From: Candidatus Nanoarchaeia archaeon
Lineage (GTDB): Archaea; Nanobdellota; Nanobdellia; Pacearchaeales; GW2011-AR1
Direction: 5' to 3'
Length of the DNA stretch: 64,000 nucleotides
Assembly (NCBI GenBank): GCA_041501125.1
Contig: JBGQNO010000002.1
Coordinates: 10,287 to 74,286 of the forward strand
The notes under the pieces are model-generated. The model saw nothing but the letters and a program-made list of their open reading frames with translations, ran no database searches and was not told the origin of the DNA. This document shows positions 1 through 9,799 of the stretch, one piece after another. Numbering within the stretch: position 1 is the first letter of the stretch; the number at the start of each line of letters is the position of its first letter. The translations under genes were made by a program, and so were the position numbers.

Positions 1-1409
1 TCCTTCTTGCATTCAAAAACTTTTTCATAATTTTCGCTTAGCAATTTTTTAAGATATGTCCAAGTTTCTGTCTCAAATCCTGAATTAAATCTTGTAAAAA
101 TAAAATAAACTGATTTATTTGCAGATTCCAAGCTTTTCAGCTTTTCCAGAGTAAAATGATCGGGATAAAAGACGCTTTCTTGTTTAACATAATAATAAAA
201 CAATGGCGGATTTTCGCTTACCATCATAAAAGTTCCATTTATTCCTTTAGTATAATTGACAATTTCAAGAAAACATTCTGTATTTGTAGTATTATAAACT
301 TTGAAAGTGGAATAAAATAACATGTTTAAAGAGATTAAAAGTCCAAAAAGTAATGCAAAGATTAAAAGTCTTTTTGACAACTTTGACATTTTTGTCTTTT
401 CAACAAAAAACCCGCATACCAAGCATACTGCGGGCGCAATCGGCAGAATATACCTGTCTTCCTTATGTGAAAACATCATCACAAAACATACAATTAAAGC
501 TATCCATATCAGCAAAATAAAAATCTCTTTTCTCCAGAAGTCTTTTTTGTAAAAAATATAAATTAAAGAAAAAATGAATACTAATGCCAAAGGCAGGGAA
601 AACATTCCTAGCATGCTGTACAAGTAAGAATTCCATGGAACATAAGAGCCCCAGTAGCTAGAAGCTATATGCCCGTGCAAAAATGGCCCAAGAGGATTGC
701 CATACTCCAGCCATCCATAGAAAAACCAGGGCGCAAGTGTCAGAAAAAATACCCCGACAGCATACCACAGATATTTATCTTTCAAGAACCCAAAGTTTCG
801 ATTTTTTAAAAATAGGTAAATCGGAAATAAAGGAAATATCCAAAACGTGGTATATCGTGCATATAATGACAAAGCTAAAAAGAATCCAAACAAAACTTTC
901 CATTTGTTGTTATTTTCCTCATAACCCTTCCAGAAAACAAGCATAGAAAGCAGCAGAAAAAAAGTAACAAAAGCATCTGTCAAGACTCTGCTGCTGTAAA
1001 ATACATGAAAAGGAGTAAGAGCAAGAAACAATGCAGAATATAATCCAACTTTTCTGCTGAAAAGTTTCGAGCCAAGAGAATAAACTAAAATAACTGTCAG
1101 AGTTCCGATGATGGGCATGAGCAGATAAATCAGAAAGTCTAATTTCAAAAAATAAAATAATGCTATCAAGTAAGGCAGCAAAGGTGCTCTAAATCCTGCT
1201 TTTGGCCATAAACCTCCAGGTATAAAGTCGCTCCAGCCATGATTTGCGAACGAATAATCAAGCGGATTATGGCTCAAGTCATAACCCAAGTTTACATAAA
1301 CTGTCTCGTCCCATAGTTTAACAGGCGCAACATTAACAAAAACAAGCCTGACAATCAGTGCAATCAAAATTATCGCAAGCAAGGCCCAGTTTTTCTTCAA
1401 AAAACTCAT
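1..1409 (-). CDS. GT-C type (GT39/ArnT/PMT_2-like) membrane glycosyltransferase, truncated by window edge
   Basis: Absent from ORF track because it has no stop inside the window. Manual translation from ATG (complement of 1409-1407) gives MSFLKKNWALLAIILIALIVRLVFVNVAPVKLWDETVYVNLGYD... I saw many hydrophobic segments and no stop down to position 1. Confidence 0.55.
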   Translation of the reverse strand, partial: MSFLKKNWALLAIILIALIVRLVFVNVAPVKLWDETVYVNLGYDLSHNPLDYSFANHGWSDFIPGGLWPKAGFRAPLLPYLIALFYFLKLDFLIYLLMPIIGTLTVILVYSLGSKLFSRKVGLYSALFLALTPFHVFYSSRVLTDAFVTFFLLLSMLVFWKGYEENNNKWKVLFGFFLALSLYARYTTFWIFPLFPIYLFLKNRNFGFLKDKYLWYAVGVFFLTLAPWFFYGWLEYGNPLGPFLHGHIASSYWGSYVPWNSYLYSMLGMFSLPLALVFIFSLIYIFYKKDFWRKEIFILLIWIALIVCFVMMFSHKEDRYILPIAPAVCLVCGFFVEKTKMSKLSKRLLIFALLFGLLISLNMLFYSTFKVYNTTNTECFLEIVNYTKGINGTFMMVSENPPLFYYYVKQESVFYPDHFTLEKLKSLESANKSVYFIFTRFNSGFETETWTYLKKLLSENYEKVFECKK

Positions 1410-1583
1410 GCTTAAAAAGAGAATGCCACGCTTTTAATCTATTACTGTCAAAAACTCTCTATTTAATTTGCCACTTCTCCGAACAACAAAATCGCCGAAA
1501 GATTTAAATATACATTTTTCTGTATACACAGCATAGTATACACAAAACTCCTTTCGCCTTCTCTTCGAAAGAAGAGAAGGTTT

Positions 1584-2054
1584 ATGCTCATAACAAATAA
1601 AAACCAAGATAAAACAACAATAAAAATGTCAGATATTTTTGATAACCAGATTTTATGCAAGAACTGCAAGGTAGAAATGCAAAAGGTAATTGTAAAGAGA
1701 AATGGCTTCGAACTGAGGGCAATAGAATGCCCAAAATGTCATGAGCATATTATACATCCAGCTGACTTGAATGCTTCACAGCAGTTTAATGATTTAAAAG
1801 GAAAAACTTTCAGTGTAAAATTAAGAATGGTTGGCAACAGCCACGCAATCTCAATTCCAAAAGAAATAGTAGAATTTATGAATGAGATGCAGAAAATGCA
1901 TAATGACATGAAACACGATATGGATAATATGGTAAAAATGTGTTTTGAAGACTTTGGAAACCTAAGAATAAATCTATTTGACAATTCAAATCCAGAAGAA
2001 TATGAAGAGCATGTTATTAAATTAAGAGCAAAAAAGAAGAATTTCAATGGTTGA
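1584..2054 (+). CDS. zinc-ribbon plus SpoVT/AbrB-like domain protein
   Basis: CKNC...CPKC zinc-ribbon pair followed by the AbrB-type motif VGNSHAISIPKEIV. True start may be M15 at 1626. The 3' end overlaps the cdc48 start by 8 nt. Confidence 0.5.
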   Translation: MLITNKNQDKTTIKMSDIFDNQILCKNCKVEMQKVIVKRNGFELRAIECPKCHEHIIHPADLNASQQFNDLKGKTFSVKLRMVGNSHAISIPKEIVEFMNEMQKMHNDMKHDMDNMVKMCFEDFGNLRINLFDNSNPEEYEEHVIKLRAKKKNFNG

Positions 2055-4383
2055 AGAAAAGAAGCAGGACAAACAGGATGAAAAAGAAATCAAGCTCAAG
2101 GTAGTTGAAGCTCTGCAGGATGATGCTTACAAGGGCATAGCAAGAATTGATGCCGAGACATTAAGAAAACTTGACTTGAAGCGCGGAGATATAATAACAG
2201 TTAAAGGCGCAAAAGAAACAGTCGCCACAGTTGACAGGGCTTATCCAGCTGATATTGGACAATCAATCATAAGAATTGACGGCATCACAAGAAAAAATGC
2301 AAAAATAAGCATCGGTGAAATTGCAAAAATAAAAAAAGCAGACGTGAAAGAAGCCAAAAAAGTAACAATCGCACCAGCCCAGAAGAATATAATGATACAA
2401 GGTGATGGTGAGATGCTCAAGCAAAGCCTGCTTGGCCGGGCATTCGTGAAAGGAGATATCTTGGTCCTCAACGCTTCTTCACGGGGAAAAGATATGATGG
2501 GACGTAAGGACATGTTTGATGATGCCGAAGATATATTTCCAGGTTTCTCAGATATCATGAAAAACTTTGGAGGCATGGGTCTTGGCATGGGCGGCTTGCA
2601 AAGGATTAATTTTATAGTTGTTTCAACAAATCCAAGCCAGCCAGTTGTTATAGAAGAAGGCACAGAACTGATAATTTCACCAAAAGCAATTGAAGTTTCT
2701 GAAGAAAAGATTTCAGATGTAACATATGAAGACATTGGCGGCTTGAGCGAAGAAGTCCGCAAGATACGTGAAATGGTAGAGATTCCATTAAAACATCCTG
2801 AGCTTTTTGAAAGGCTGGGAATAGAGCCTCCGCGAGGTGTTTTGCTTTACGGTCCACCTGGAACAGGAAAAACACTTTTGGCAAAAGCAGTCGCAAATGA
2901 AACTGAAGCTAATTTTATAGAGTTAAATAGTACTAATTTTATGTCTGCTCTACCTGGTACTACTGAAAGAAATATTAAAAAAATCTTTGATGATGCCGAA
3001 AGATTGGCACCAAGTATTGTTTTTATTGATGAATTAGACTCTATCGCATTCAAAAGAGAAGAGAGAGGAATAAATGAATTCCTAAATACTCCTGTAATGG
3101 AATTACTTAAACAAATGGATGGGCTTAAACAAAGGAAAAATGTTATTATCATCGGGGCTACAAATCGCCCTGAAGCAATTGATCCTGCCCTCAGAAGACC
3201 AGGAAGATTCGATCGAGAAATAGAAATTAATGTTCCAAACAGAGAAGGAAGATTGGCTATTTTAAAAATCCACACTAGAAATATGCCTTTGGCAAAAGAT
3301 GTGAATTTAGATGAATTAGCAAGAATAACCCCTGGATTTGTAGGTGCAGATCTCACTGCTCTTGCCAAAGAAGCTGCGATGTCTGTTTTAAGAAGAATAT
3401 TGCCTAGTATAAATCTGAAAGAGGATGAAGAATTACCTAAGAACATACTTGAGAATTTAAAAATTATGAAAATAGATTTTGAAGATGCTATAAAAATAGT
3501 TCAGCCCAGCGCATTAAGAGAGATTTTAGTTGAAACTCCCAATATTAAATGGGACGACATTGGGGGGCTTAAGAATGTTAAACAAGAGTTGAAAGATGCA
3601 GTTGAATGGCCCATGAAATGCCCAGAATGCTTCTCTAGAATGGGCATACGGGCTCCAAAAGGAATCCTACTATATGGTCCGCCTGGAACGGGCAAGACAT
3701 TGCTTGCAAAAGCAGTAGCAAATGAAACTGAAGCTAATTTTATAAATATTAAAGGTCCAGAGCTAATAAATGCCTGGCTTGGCAAAACTGAAGAAGGTAT
3801 TAGAAAAATATTCAAAAGGGCTAGACAAACAGCTCCTTGTATAATTTTCTTTGATGAAATTGACAGTCTTGCTGTACGAAGAAGTATGGACTCCAGAAGT
3901 GAAATTTGGAATACTATTATTAATACTTTACTTACAGAAATGGATGGCTTAGAAGAATTAAAAGGGGTATTAGTTATAGGAGCAACCAACCGTCCAGATA
4001 TGCTCGATCCTGCAATCCTGCGCCCAGGAAGATTTGATAGGCTTGTTCTCATACCTGTGCCTGATGTCGATGGAAGAATATCGATATTTAAGATTCATAC
4101 CAAAAATATGCCTGTTGATGAAACCATCAACATTAATCAATTAGCAAAAGAAACAGAGGGATATACTGGAGCAGACATCGAAAGTCTTTGCAGAGAAGCA
4201 GGTATGCTAGCTTTGCGAGAAGATAAGAATGCAAAATTAATCAAATTAAAACATTTTGAAATGGCAATGCAAAAAATTCCTCCATCTGTAACAAAACAAC
4301 AAGCAAGTATGTACAATAGAATGGAGTTTGAATACTTAAAATCAGCAAAGGCATCATTGGAAAATCCAGTGTATATGGGATAA
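2047..4383 (+). CDS. cdc48: CDC48/VCP-type AAA+ ATPase with two AAA domains
   Basis: Two Walker A motifs GPPGTGKTLLAKAVANE, Walker B motifs VFIDELDS and IFFDEIDS, two ATNRP..D.A..RPGRFDR motifs, and an N-terminal CDC48-N-like domain. Confidence 0.92.
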   Translation: MVEEKKQDKQDEKEIKLKVVEALQDDAYKGIARIDAETLRKLDLKRGDIITVKGAKETVATVDRAYPADIGQSIIRIDGITRKNAKISIGEIAKIKKADVKEAKKVTIAPAQKNIMIQGDGEMLKQSLLGRAFVKGDILVLNASSRGKDMMGRKDMFDDAEDIFPGFSDIMKNFGGMGLGMGGLQRINFIVVSTNPSQPVVIEEGTELIISPKAIEVSEEKISDVTYEDIGGLSEEVRKIREMVEIPLKHPELFERLGIEPPRGVLLYGPPGTGKTLLAKAVANETEANFIELNSTNFMSALPGTTERNIKKIFDDAERLAPSIVFIDELDSIAFKREERGINEFLNTPVMELLKQMDGLKQRKNVIIIGATNRPEAIDPALRRPGRFDREIEINVPNREGRLAILKIHTRNMPLAKDVNLDELARITPGFVGADLTALAKEAAMSVLRRILPSINLKEDEELPKNILENLKIMKIDFEDAIKIVQPSALREILVETPNIKWDDIGGLKNVKQELKDAVEWPMKCPECFSRMGIRAPKGILLYGPPGTGKTLLAKAVANETEANFINIKGPELINAWLGKTEEGIRKIFKRARQTAPCIIFFDEIDSLAVRRSMDSRSEIWNTIINTLLTEMDGLEELKGVLVIGATNRPDMLDPAILRPGRFDRLVLIPVPDVDGRISIFKIHTKNMPVDETININQLAKETEGYTGADIESLCREAGMLALREDKNAKLIKLKHFEMAMQKIPPSVTKQQASMYNRMEFEYLKSAKASLENPVYMG

Positions 4384-4397
4384 GTTCATTTTAAAAA

Positions 4398-4619
4398 ATG
4401 GCTATTGATTTAACAAACAAGGAAGATATAAATTTAGTTTATCGAATAGCTATGATCTATTTTATAGGGTATTTAGTCACTGCTCTTTTCTTTGAAGGAC
4501 TTTTTAGTATAAACTATAAAATATCTTTATTAATTTATGCTATCATAAATCTTGGAGATATTTTAATTCAAACAAATTACCTTTTAAAATTTATAAACTG
4601 GATAGTTAAAAACCGCTAA
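4398..4619 (+). CDS. small membrane protein, hypothetical
   Basis: 73-aa ORF with two hydrophobic segments and no recognisable motif. Confidence 0.3.
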   Translation: MAIDLTNKEDINLVYRIAMIYFIGYLVTALFFEGLFSINYKISLLIYAIINLGDILIQTNYLLKFINWIVKNR

Positions 4620-4648
4620 CTCACAAAAGAATCACTTTAGAACAAATA

Positions 4649-5665
4649 TTAACTCTTCGTTGTCACTTCAATCTTATCCCTGAATACAATCACTGTATGC
4701 TCTGCCTGCGAAACTTTGCCTTTTCCTTTCTCAATCAGCGTTTGATATTGTGAAATTGCTCCTGATTGCTCAAGGAATTTCAAAGCTATCAATGCCTTTG
4801 AAGTGAATTTCTTTACTATCCATCTTGAGCAGAATGGCATTGTTTCATATTCATCCTCAATGAATATAAGTATCTCGCGGGCGAGCTTGTCTCTGACTGG
4901 CTTGTGTTCCTTGAAAGAATAAATTCCACTTGGCTTGCTTTCATAGACTATGCCCTGGCCTGTTGTTGCAAAAGGCTCAATAGCATAAAATCCTTCGCCA
5001 ACTTTCAAGTTATTTCCATTGTCGTAATTTGGAATAGAAACTCCTGAATGCAAAAAATTCTTCTTAACCTCGTGTCCTGTCAGGTTCCTTATCGGCGAGA
5101 ATCCTCTTCCAGTAATTATTTTCTGTACTGCCTCTCCAATCTTTCTTACCTCAACTTCATACTTTATTGTATCAATCGCTTTGTTCAAAGCTTCTTTGCT
5201 TGCCTCAATCAATTTCTTATTCTCTTCACTATCTTCCAAGTCAAGAGAAAATGCAGTATCAGCAATATAGCCATTGACATGAACTCCAATATCAACTTTC
5301 AATAATCCACTTGCCACAGCAGAATCATTATAACCTGGCGTATAGTGCGCAGCAATCTCATTTATTGAAAGATTTACAGGAAATGCAGGTTTGCCATCAA
5401 GCTCCAAAATCTTGTCTTCAATTTTCTCAGCAATGTCCAAAAGCTTCATTCCTGGTTTGATGATTGTCCTGGCATACTCGCTTACCTGCTTGGCAATCTT
5501 GCCAGCTTCCTTGTAACCAAGAATCTCTTCATGGCTGATAATAGTTTCAACAGCGACCTCTTCTTTTTTCTTTTCTTCTTGCTTTATCATCAAATTTCTT
5601 CTTACAGGTTTCACTATCTTACCATCTGACCTTCCTGTTGCCCCGCCATATTGTTTTTCTGTCAT
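4649..5665 (-). CDS. map: methionine aminopeptidase, type 2 (archaeal/eukaryal)
   Basis: Motifs AAHYTP, DIGVHVNGYIADTAFS, LTGHEV, YAIEPFATTG and AEHTVIV. The start overlaps the upstream gene's stop in an ATGA arrangement. Confidence 0.85.
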   Translation of the reverse strand: MTEKQYGGATGRSDGKIVKPVRRNLMIKQEEKKKEEVAVETIISHEEILGYKEAGKIAKQVSEYARTIIKPGMKLLDIAEKIEDKILELDGKPAFPVNLSINEIAAHYTPGYNDSAVASGLLKVDIGVHVNGYIADTAFSLDLEDSEENKKLIEASKEALNKAIDTIKYEVEVRKIGEAVQKIITGRGFSPIRNLTGHEVKKNFLHSGVSIPNYDNGNNLKVGEGFYAIEPFATTGQGIVYESKPSGIYSFKEHKPVRDKLAREILIFIEDEYETMPFCSRWIVKKFTSKALIALKFLEQSGAISQYQTLIEKGKGKVSQAEHTVIVFRDKIEVTTKS

Positions 5666-6111
5666 TTTACTCTCCTCTCTCTAGGAACATAATTTATAAC
5701 CTTTTTATCTTTTACCTTGCCGCATCCAATCAGTTCGCCTTTATTTCCAAGCAAAACCCATTTGTCTTCTGAATCAATTTCAATGTTTTCTCCTCTAAGC
5801 CATTCATCAGCCTGCTTGTCAGAAATATCAATAATATTTTTTGTAGCCATATTCTTGAAGATAAATAATCCATCATGCGAAATCCTGTAGCCATCGCTTT
5901 CTTCTCTCAAAATATACAAGCCAGGAAGCTCTATTCTTACATCATATGATAGTTTTGCAATCTCGTCGCGTGTCATTGAGCCAGAGAAAGCTCGTATCTT
6001 TCCTTTTCCAGCCATAACCAAAAGCCACGGAAGCTCTGTAATTCCAAACTTCTCGTTTAAGTCCTCAATTATTTTCTTTTTCTCGCCTGAGTTTAAAATT
6101 TTTATTTGCAT
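5662..6111 (-). CDS. NIP7-like pre-PUA/PUA domain RNA-binding protein
   Basis: PUA-like C-terminus WVLLGNKGELIGCGKVKDKKVINYVPRERR. It lies in an operon between the m5C methyltransferase and map. I prefer the start at M18 (6111, GAGG about 9 nt upstream); the ORF extends to 6162. Confidence 0.5.
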   Translation of the reverse strand: MQIKILNSGEKKKIIEDLNEKFGITELPWLLVMAGKGKIRAFSGSMTRDEIAKLSYDVRIELPGLYILREESDGYRISHDGLFIFKNMATKNIIDISDKQADEWLRGENIEIDSEDKWVLLGNKGELIGCGKVKDKKVINYVPRERRVK

Positions 6112-6183
6112 GTTAATACCCTCTTTGTCATTAATGTAAAAACACTTGAGACTCTTGAACAACCATTCATCTGCTTAATGTTG

Positions 6184-6231
6184 ATTGCCCCTGTAACCTT
6201 GCAAGGTGAAACGTTATTAATATTAATTCTC
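6184..6231 (+). repeat. intergenic hairpin/AT-palindrome element, copy 1
   Basis: ATTGCCCCTGTAACCTTGCAAGGTGAAACGTTATTAATATTAATTCTC, with hairpin ACCTT-GC-AAGGT. Confidence 0.6.
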
Positions 6232-6235
6232 CATC

Positions 6236-7198
6236 TCATTTTCCTTCTCCTGACATTTTTTTAAACCTTGCAACAAAAAACCCTTCAGTGTTATTGTCCT
6301 GCGGAAAAATCCTGCATGCTTTAGTTACTTGCTCATCAAACTTTTCGCCTTCCCACTCTGTAACTCCCTGCCTGCATTTTACAGGCAAGCCAGCATCTTG
6401 GATTGTCAACCCCATTTCTTTTATCAGAAAGTCTACATTCTTTTCATTTTCTTCAGGAGCGTACGTGCATGTTGAATAAACAAGTTCGCCACCATCCTTC
6501 AGCAAAGGAACAGCAGAAGCAATAAATTTTCTCTGCATTCTTCCAAGTTTTTTAATCATTTTGTAATTCCACATAATAAATGTCTTTGGCGAACCTCTTG
6601 TAGTTCCTTCTCCACTGCACGGAACATCAAGCAAAATCTTGTCAAACTTTATGCCAAGTTTTAAAAATTTCTCGCATAATATAACAGCATCATGCCTTGC
6701 CACAAGCACATTCATTGCACCGCACCTCTCTATATTGCTTGCAAGTATGCTTATTCTTGAAATATCATTGTCATTCGCAATAATTGTTCCTTTGTTCTCC
6801 ATTAAAGCAGCCATCTGAGTAGTCTTGGAGCCAGGAGCAGCAAATAAATCAAGAACAAGCTCTCCTTGTTTTGGTTTTAAAGCAAGCAAAGGTAGCATGC
6901 TTGAAAATTCTTGTATGTAATATAATCCTGTTAAATGCTCTCGTGCTCTTCCAAGCTCGCCAGGTTCAAGCTCGCTTGTAACTTGCATGACTTCAGGATG
7001 CTGGTCCCATGGTTGTTCAATTTTCCATCCTTTCTCCTCAAGTCTCTTTCTCAAGTTGAAAGGAGAAATCTTCAAAGTGTTGCAACGAATTGCATTTACA
7101 GGTTTAATGTGGATAATCTCGTTAAACCTGGCAAAATCTTTCTCATTGGACATCAATTTCCTCATTCTTTCCAAAAAAAGTGGTTTTGGTTCTATCAT
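6236..7198 (-). CDS. NOL1/NOP2/Sun-family RNA cytosine-C5 methyltransferase
   Basis: SAM motif DLFAAPGSKTT, catalytic DVPCSGEGT, and a second Cys motif YSTCT. Confidence 0.85.
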   Translation of the reverse strand: MIEPKPLFLERMRKLMSNEKDFARFNEIIHIKPVNAIRCNTLKISPFNLRKRLEEKGWKIEQPWDQHPEVMQVTSELEPGELGRAREHLTGLYYIQEFSSMLPLLALKPKQGELVLDLFAAPGSKTTQMAALMENKGTIIANDNDISRISILASNIERCGAMNVLVARHDAVILCEKFLKLGIKFDKILLDVPCSGEGTTRGSPKTFIMWNYKMIKKLGRMQRKFIASAVPLLKDGGELVYSTCTYAPEENEKNVDFLIKEMGLTIQDAGLPVKCRQGVTEWEGEKFDEQVTKACRIFPQDNNTEGFFVARFKKMSGEGK

Positions 7199-7220
7199 AT
7201 TAAAATTTCCATCTTAAACA

Positions 7221-7240
7221 TCGAAAATTTATATTTTCGA
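7221..7240 (-). promoter_or_regulatory. BRE/TATA-like promoter palindrome upstream of the methyltransferase gene
   Basis: Minus strand reads TCGAAAATATAAATTTTCGA (8-nt inverted arms), centred about 33 nt upstream of the ATG at 7198. Confidence 0.35.
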
Positions 7241-7295
7241 GTGCTATCAAAATTCTTTGAATTTTGAAGTTTTAATGCTTGAAAATTTTTAGTTT

Positions 7296-9749
7296 TCATT
7301 GTTTGAATTCTCCTAATTTCATCTGTTTCTTCTTCTCGCTCTTTTCTTTTAAATTTATGCCAAACACTTCAAAGATATTTTCAACAGCAGGAATAATCTG
7401 ATGTCCCAGGTAATATCCAATGTCATACTCGCCTTTTTCATCAGGCAGTTTTATCCTGTCTCTTACCAGCTTCTTCGTCTTGTCCTTTGTTTCAGCAACA
7501 TAATACTCAATCATCATTCCTGGCCTGACAGGCATGCCAAGTTCAAGCATTTTCTTTGCTGCTGTGACATGAGGAGAAATCGCAAGATATTCTGAAATTG
7601 GCTTTGTGAGTTGGCTTCTAATAAAAATCTTCTCTTTCTCTATCTCGTGTTTCTGCAGTTTTTTTATTACCTTTTCAACTGTTTCTAAGGCATCTTCATG
7701 CTTTCCTGTTTTTAATACACTTATTAAAACATTATTCTGCAGTTCTCTTGCCAATGCACACCAGTCTCTTCTCACAGTTTCAAAGCCTCGTATTTTCATT
7801 TTTCCAGATTCATTGATAAGAGCGTATTTTTTCTTTGCACCTGCCTCTGTCGTCCTTTTTGAAACAAAAATTCCGCGTTTGTAAAAATCTTCAAGTTCAA
7901 GCTCCATAATTCCAGGCAGCTCTGAATTCAATTTCTTTAGTATTTCAAGCACCTGTTTCTCACTCTTCTTGCCAAGCAGAAAAGCTATTGAATCTGTATC
8001 AGAATAAATAACATTGAATCCTTGTTTCTTGATTTTCTCAATAGTCTCAAGTATGGACTTTTTTGCCATTGCAGCTGTTGCAGCAGCAGCTTCTCTGCAA
8101 TAATACCTTGCTCCAAAAAATCCTTGATATCCATAAGCTGCATTCGCCAGCAGTTTATATGCATTGCTTCGCGCTTTCAAAAGATTTGTCGGATTTTCCT
8201 TGTACTCTTTTTTATACTGCTTCCTTTTCCTTATAATTTCTTCAAGCATTTCAGGAAAAAATCCTTTTTCTTTTGAAAAATAAACTATTCCATCAGCAAG
8301 TTCAACTTCATGCCCTTCAGCAGCCAAAGTTGAAAGAGAAAGATTGTAAGTCACAATCACACTTGCATACATGCTTGTAAAATCAAGCATTGCAATATCC
8401 TGATACAATCCAGGCTGTGGCTGCAGGACAAATGCTCCTTCATATTTTCCAAGTCCTCTCCTCTGCTCAATCTCATCATGCAGGGGACGTTTCTCAGTAA
8501 TCTCATTAAACCTGTCAAGATTATGCAAGACATAGTTCTCAACATGGCTTGCCATCCTGTCTCTTGTAATGTCAAACAAAGGCTCTTGTATCACTTTTGA
8601 AAACTCAAGCATATCCTGCCAAAGCTTGTCTGCAAGTTTCCATGTCAATGCCGAGTCCTGCAAATTATAAGCAAAAAAATCTCTCCAGTCGCCTTCTTTC
8701 ATTTTTCCAAGCTTTGCAAAATCAAACTCATGCTTCTTCTCGCCAAGCAGCTCGCTTGCAACCTCATTTAAAGAAAGTGTTTCTGATTGTAAATATTGAG
8801 AAAATACAGCGCTGATAAACCTGAACAAATCAACATGCACAATTCCAAATATACTGGCGGAAGTTACACGGCCTCTTGAGAACTTGGGCTGTGAATTATC
8901 AAGTCCAAGATTCAACCTGACTTTGTTCTTTTCAGCTCGCGCCTTCAAGTACGGAAGGTCAAAGCCATCAGAAAAATATCCAGTCAGCAAGTCTGGCGAG
9001 TAACTCTTGACATATTCAGCAAACTTCTCAAGCATCTCTGCCTCATCCTCAAAACATTCTACATAATCCTGCTTTATCGGACAATTCTTCCATGTCAAAA
9101 CTTTCTTGAAATTCTTTCCATAAAGCGAAATCATCAACACAGCACCCTTGCCAATTTCAAATTCCTCTGCTTCAATGTCAAACGCAAGAATCTTAGGTTC
9201 AAACTCGCGCTGCGAGTCCATCCGCGCAAACTTTTCAGCTTTCAAAACAATATCAACATCCAAAGCCTTGTCAATTCCACCAAATTCTTCTGAATTGTTA
9301 AGCACCTCCCCTTTCACTTTATACCAAATCAATGGAAGAAATTTCTTATCCATGATGTATTTGGACAAAAGTGGAATATCATACTCTCTTCTTTTTTCAA
9401 TCTCTGGCCAGCCCATCTGGTCAGCTACAGCATGTCCGTCCTTGTAATTTGAGATAAAAATCTTAATCGCAGTTACTTGCTTTCCAAGGAATTTTTTATT
9501 ATGAACTTCTGTTTTCAAAACCCGTGTTATCCTGCTCTTCGAGTCTACACTCAAAGCCATAATTCTTTTCCTTAAAGACTCAATATCCTTCTCTTTGACA
9601 TCTTGCTTCAAAATTGCCCAGAAATACGGCTCAAAACTGTCAATTACAACCGCTCTTTTGCCATCACCAGTCCTGCCTATAACTTGGATGTAATTCCTGC
9701 CCTGCCAGTCAAAGTAGTCATAATCAACTGGTATAAACTCAATTTCCAT
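7296..9749 (-). CDS. polB: family B DNA polymerase
   Basis: Exo motif FDIE, motif A LDFTSMYASVI, motif C YSDTDS. The 817-aa length leaves no room for an intein. Confidence 0.92.
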   Translation of the reverse strand: MEIEFIPVDYDYFDWQGRNYIQVIGRTGDGKRAVVIDSFEPYFWAILKQDVKEKDIESLRKRIMALSVDSKSRITRVLKTEVHNKKFLGKQVTAIKIFISNYKDGHAVADQMGWPEIEKRREYDIPLLSKYIMDKKFLPLIWYKVKGEVLNNSEEFGGIDKALDVDIVLKAEKFARMDSQREFEPKILAFDIEAEEFEIGKGAVLMISLYGKNFKKVLTWKNCPIKQDYVECFEDEAEMLEKFAEYVKSYSPDLLTGYFSDGFDLPYLKARAEKNKVRLNLGLDNSQPKFSRGRVTSASIFGIVHVDLFRFISAVFSQYLQSETLSLNEVASELLGEKKHEFDFAKLGKMKEGDWRDFFAYNLQDSALTWKLADKLWQDMLEFSKVIQEPLFDITRDRMASHVENYVLHNLDRFNEITEKRPLHDEIEQRRGLGKYEGAFVLQPQPGLYQDIAMLDFTSMYASVIVTYNLSLSTLAAEGHEVELADGIVYFSKEKGFFPEMLEEIIRKRKQYKKEYKENPTNLLKARSNAYKLLANAAYGYQGFFGARYYCREAAAATAAMAKKSILETIEKIKKQGFNVIYSDTDSIAFLLGKKSEKQVLEILKKLNSELPGIMELELEDFYKRGIFVSKRTTEAGAKKKYALINESGKMKIRGFETVRRDWCALARELQNNVLISVLKTGKHEDALETVEKVIKKLQKHEIEKEKIFIRSQLTKPISEYLAISPHVTAAKKMLELGMPVRPGMMIEYYVAETKDKTKKLVRDRIKLPDEKGEYDIGYYLGHQIIPAVENIFEVFGINLKEKSEKKKQMKLGEFKQ

Positions 9750-9799
9750 AATTCTATCAGCAAAGAAAGATTTTTAAAGCATACGAAAGTCGTGTTGGA

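Noticed and set aside
2241-4052. Long minus-strand ORFs (173, 82, 199 and 183 aa) inside the cdc48 region.
   Set aside because: They lie antisense to a strongly supported AAA+ gene. Their translations are low-complexity Ser/Leu/Ile/Phe-rich strings with no motifs, as expected for antisense frames of AT-rich coding DNA.
7296-9749. Inteins in PolB, and likewise in CDC48 and RFC.
   Set aside because: The protein lengths are those of intein-free homologs, the conserved motifs are contiguous, and there are no intein splice-junction blocks.
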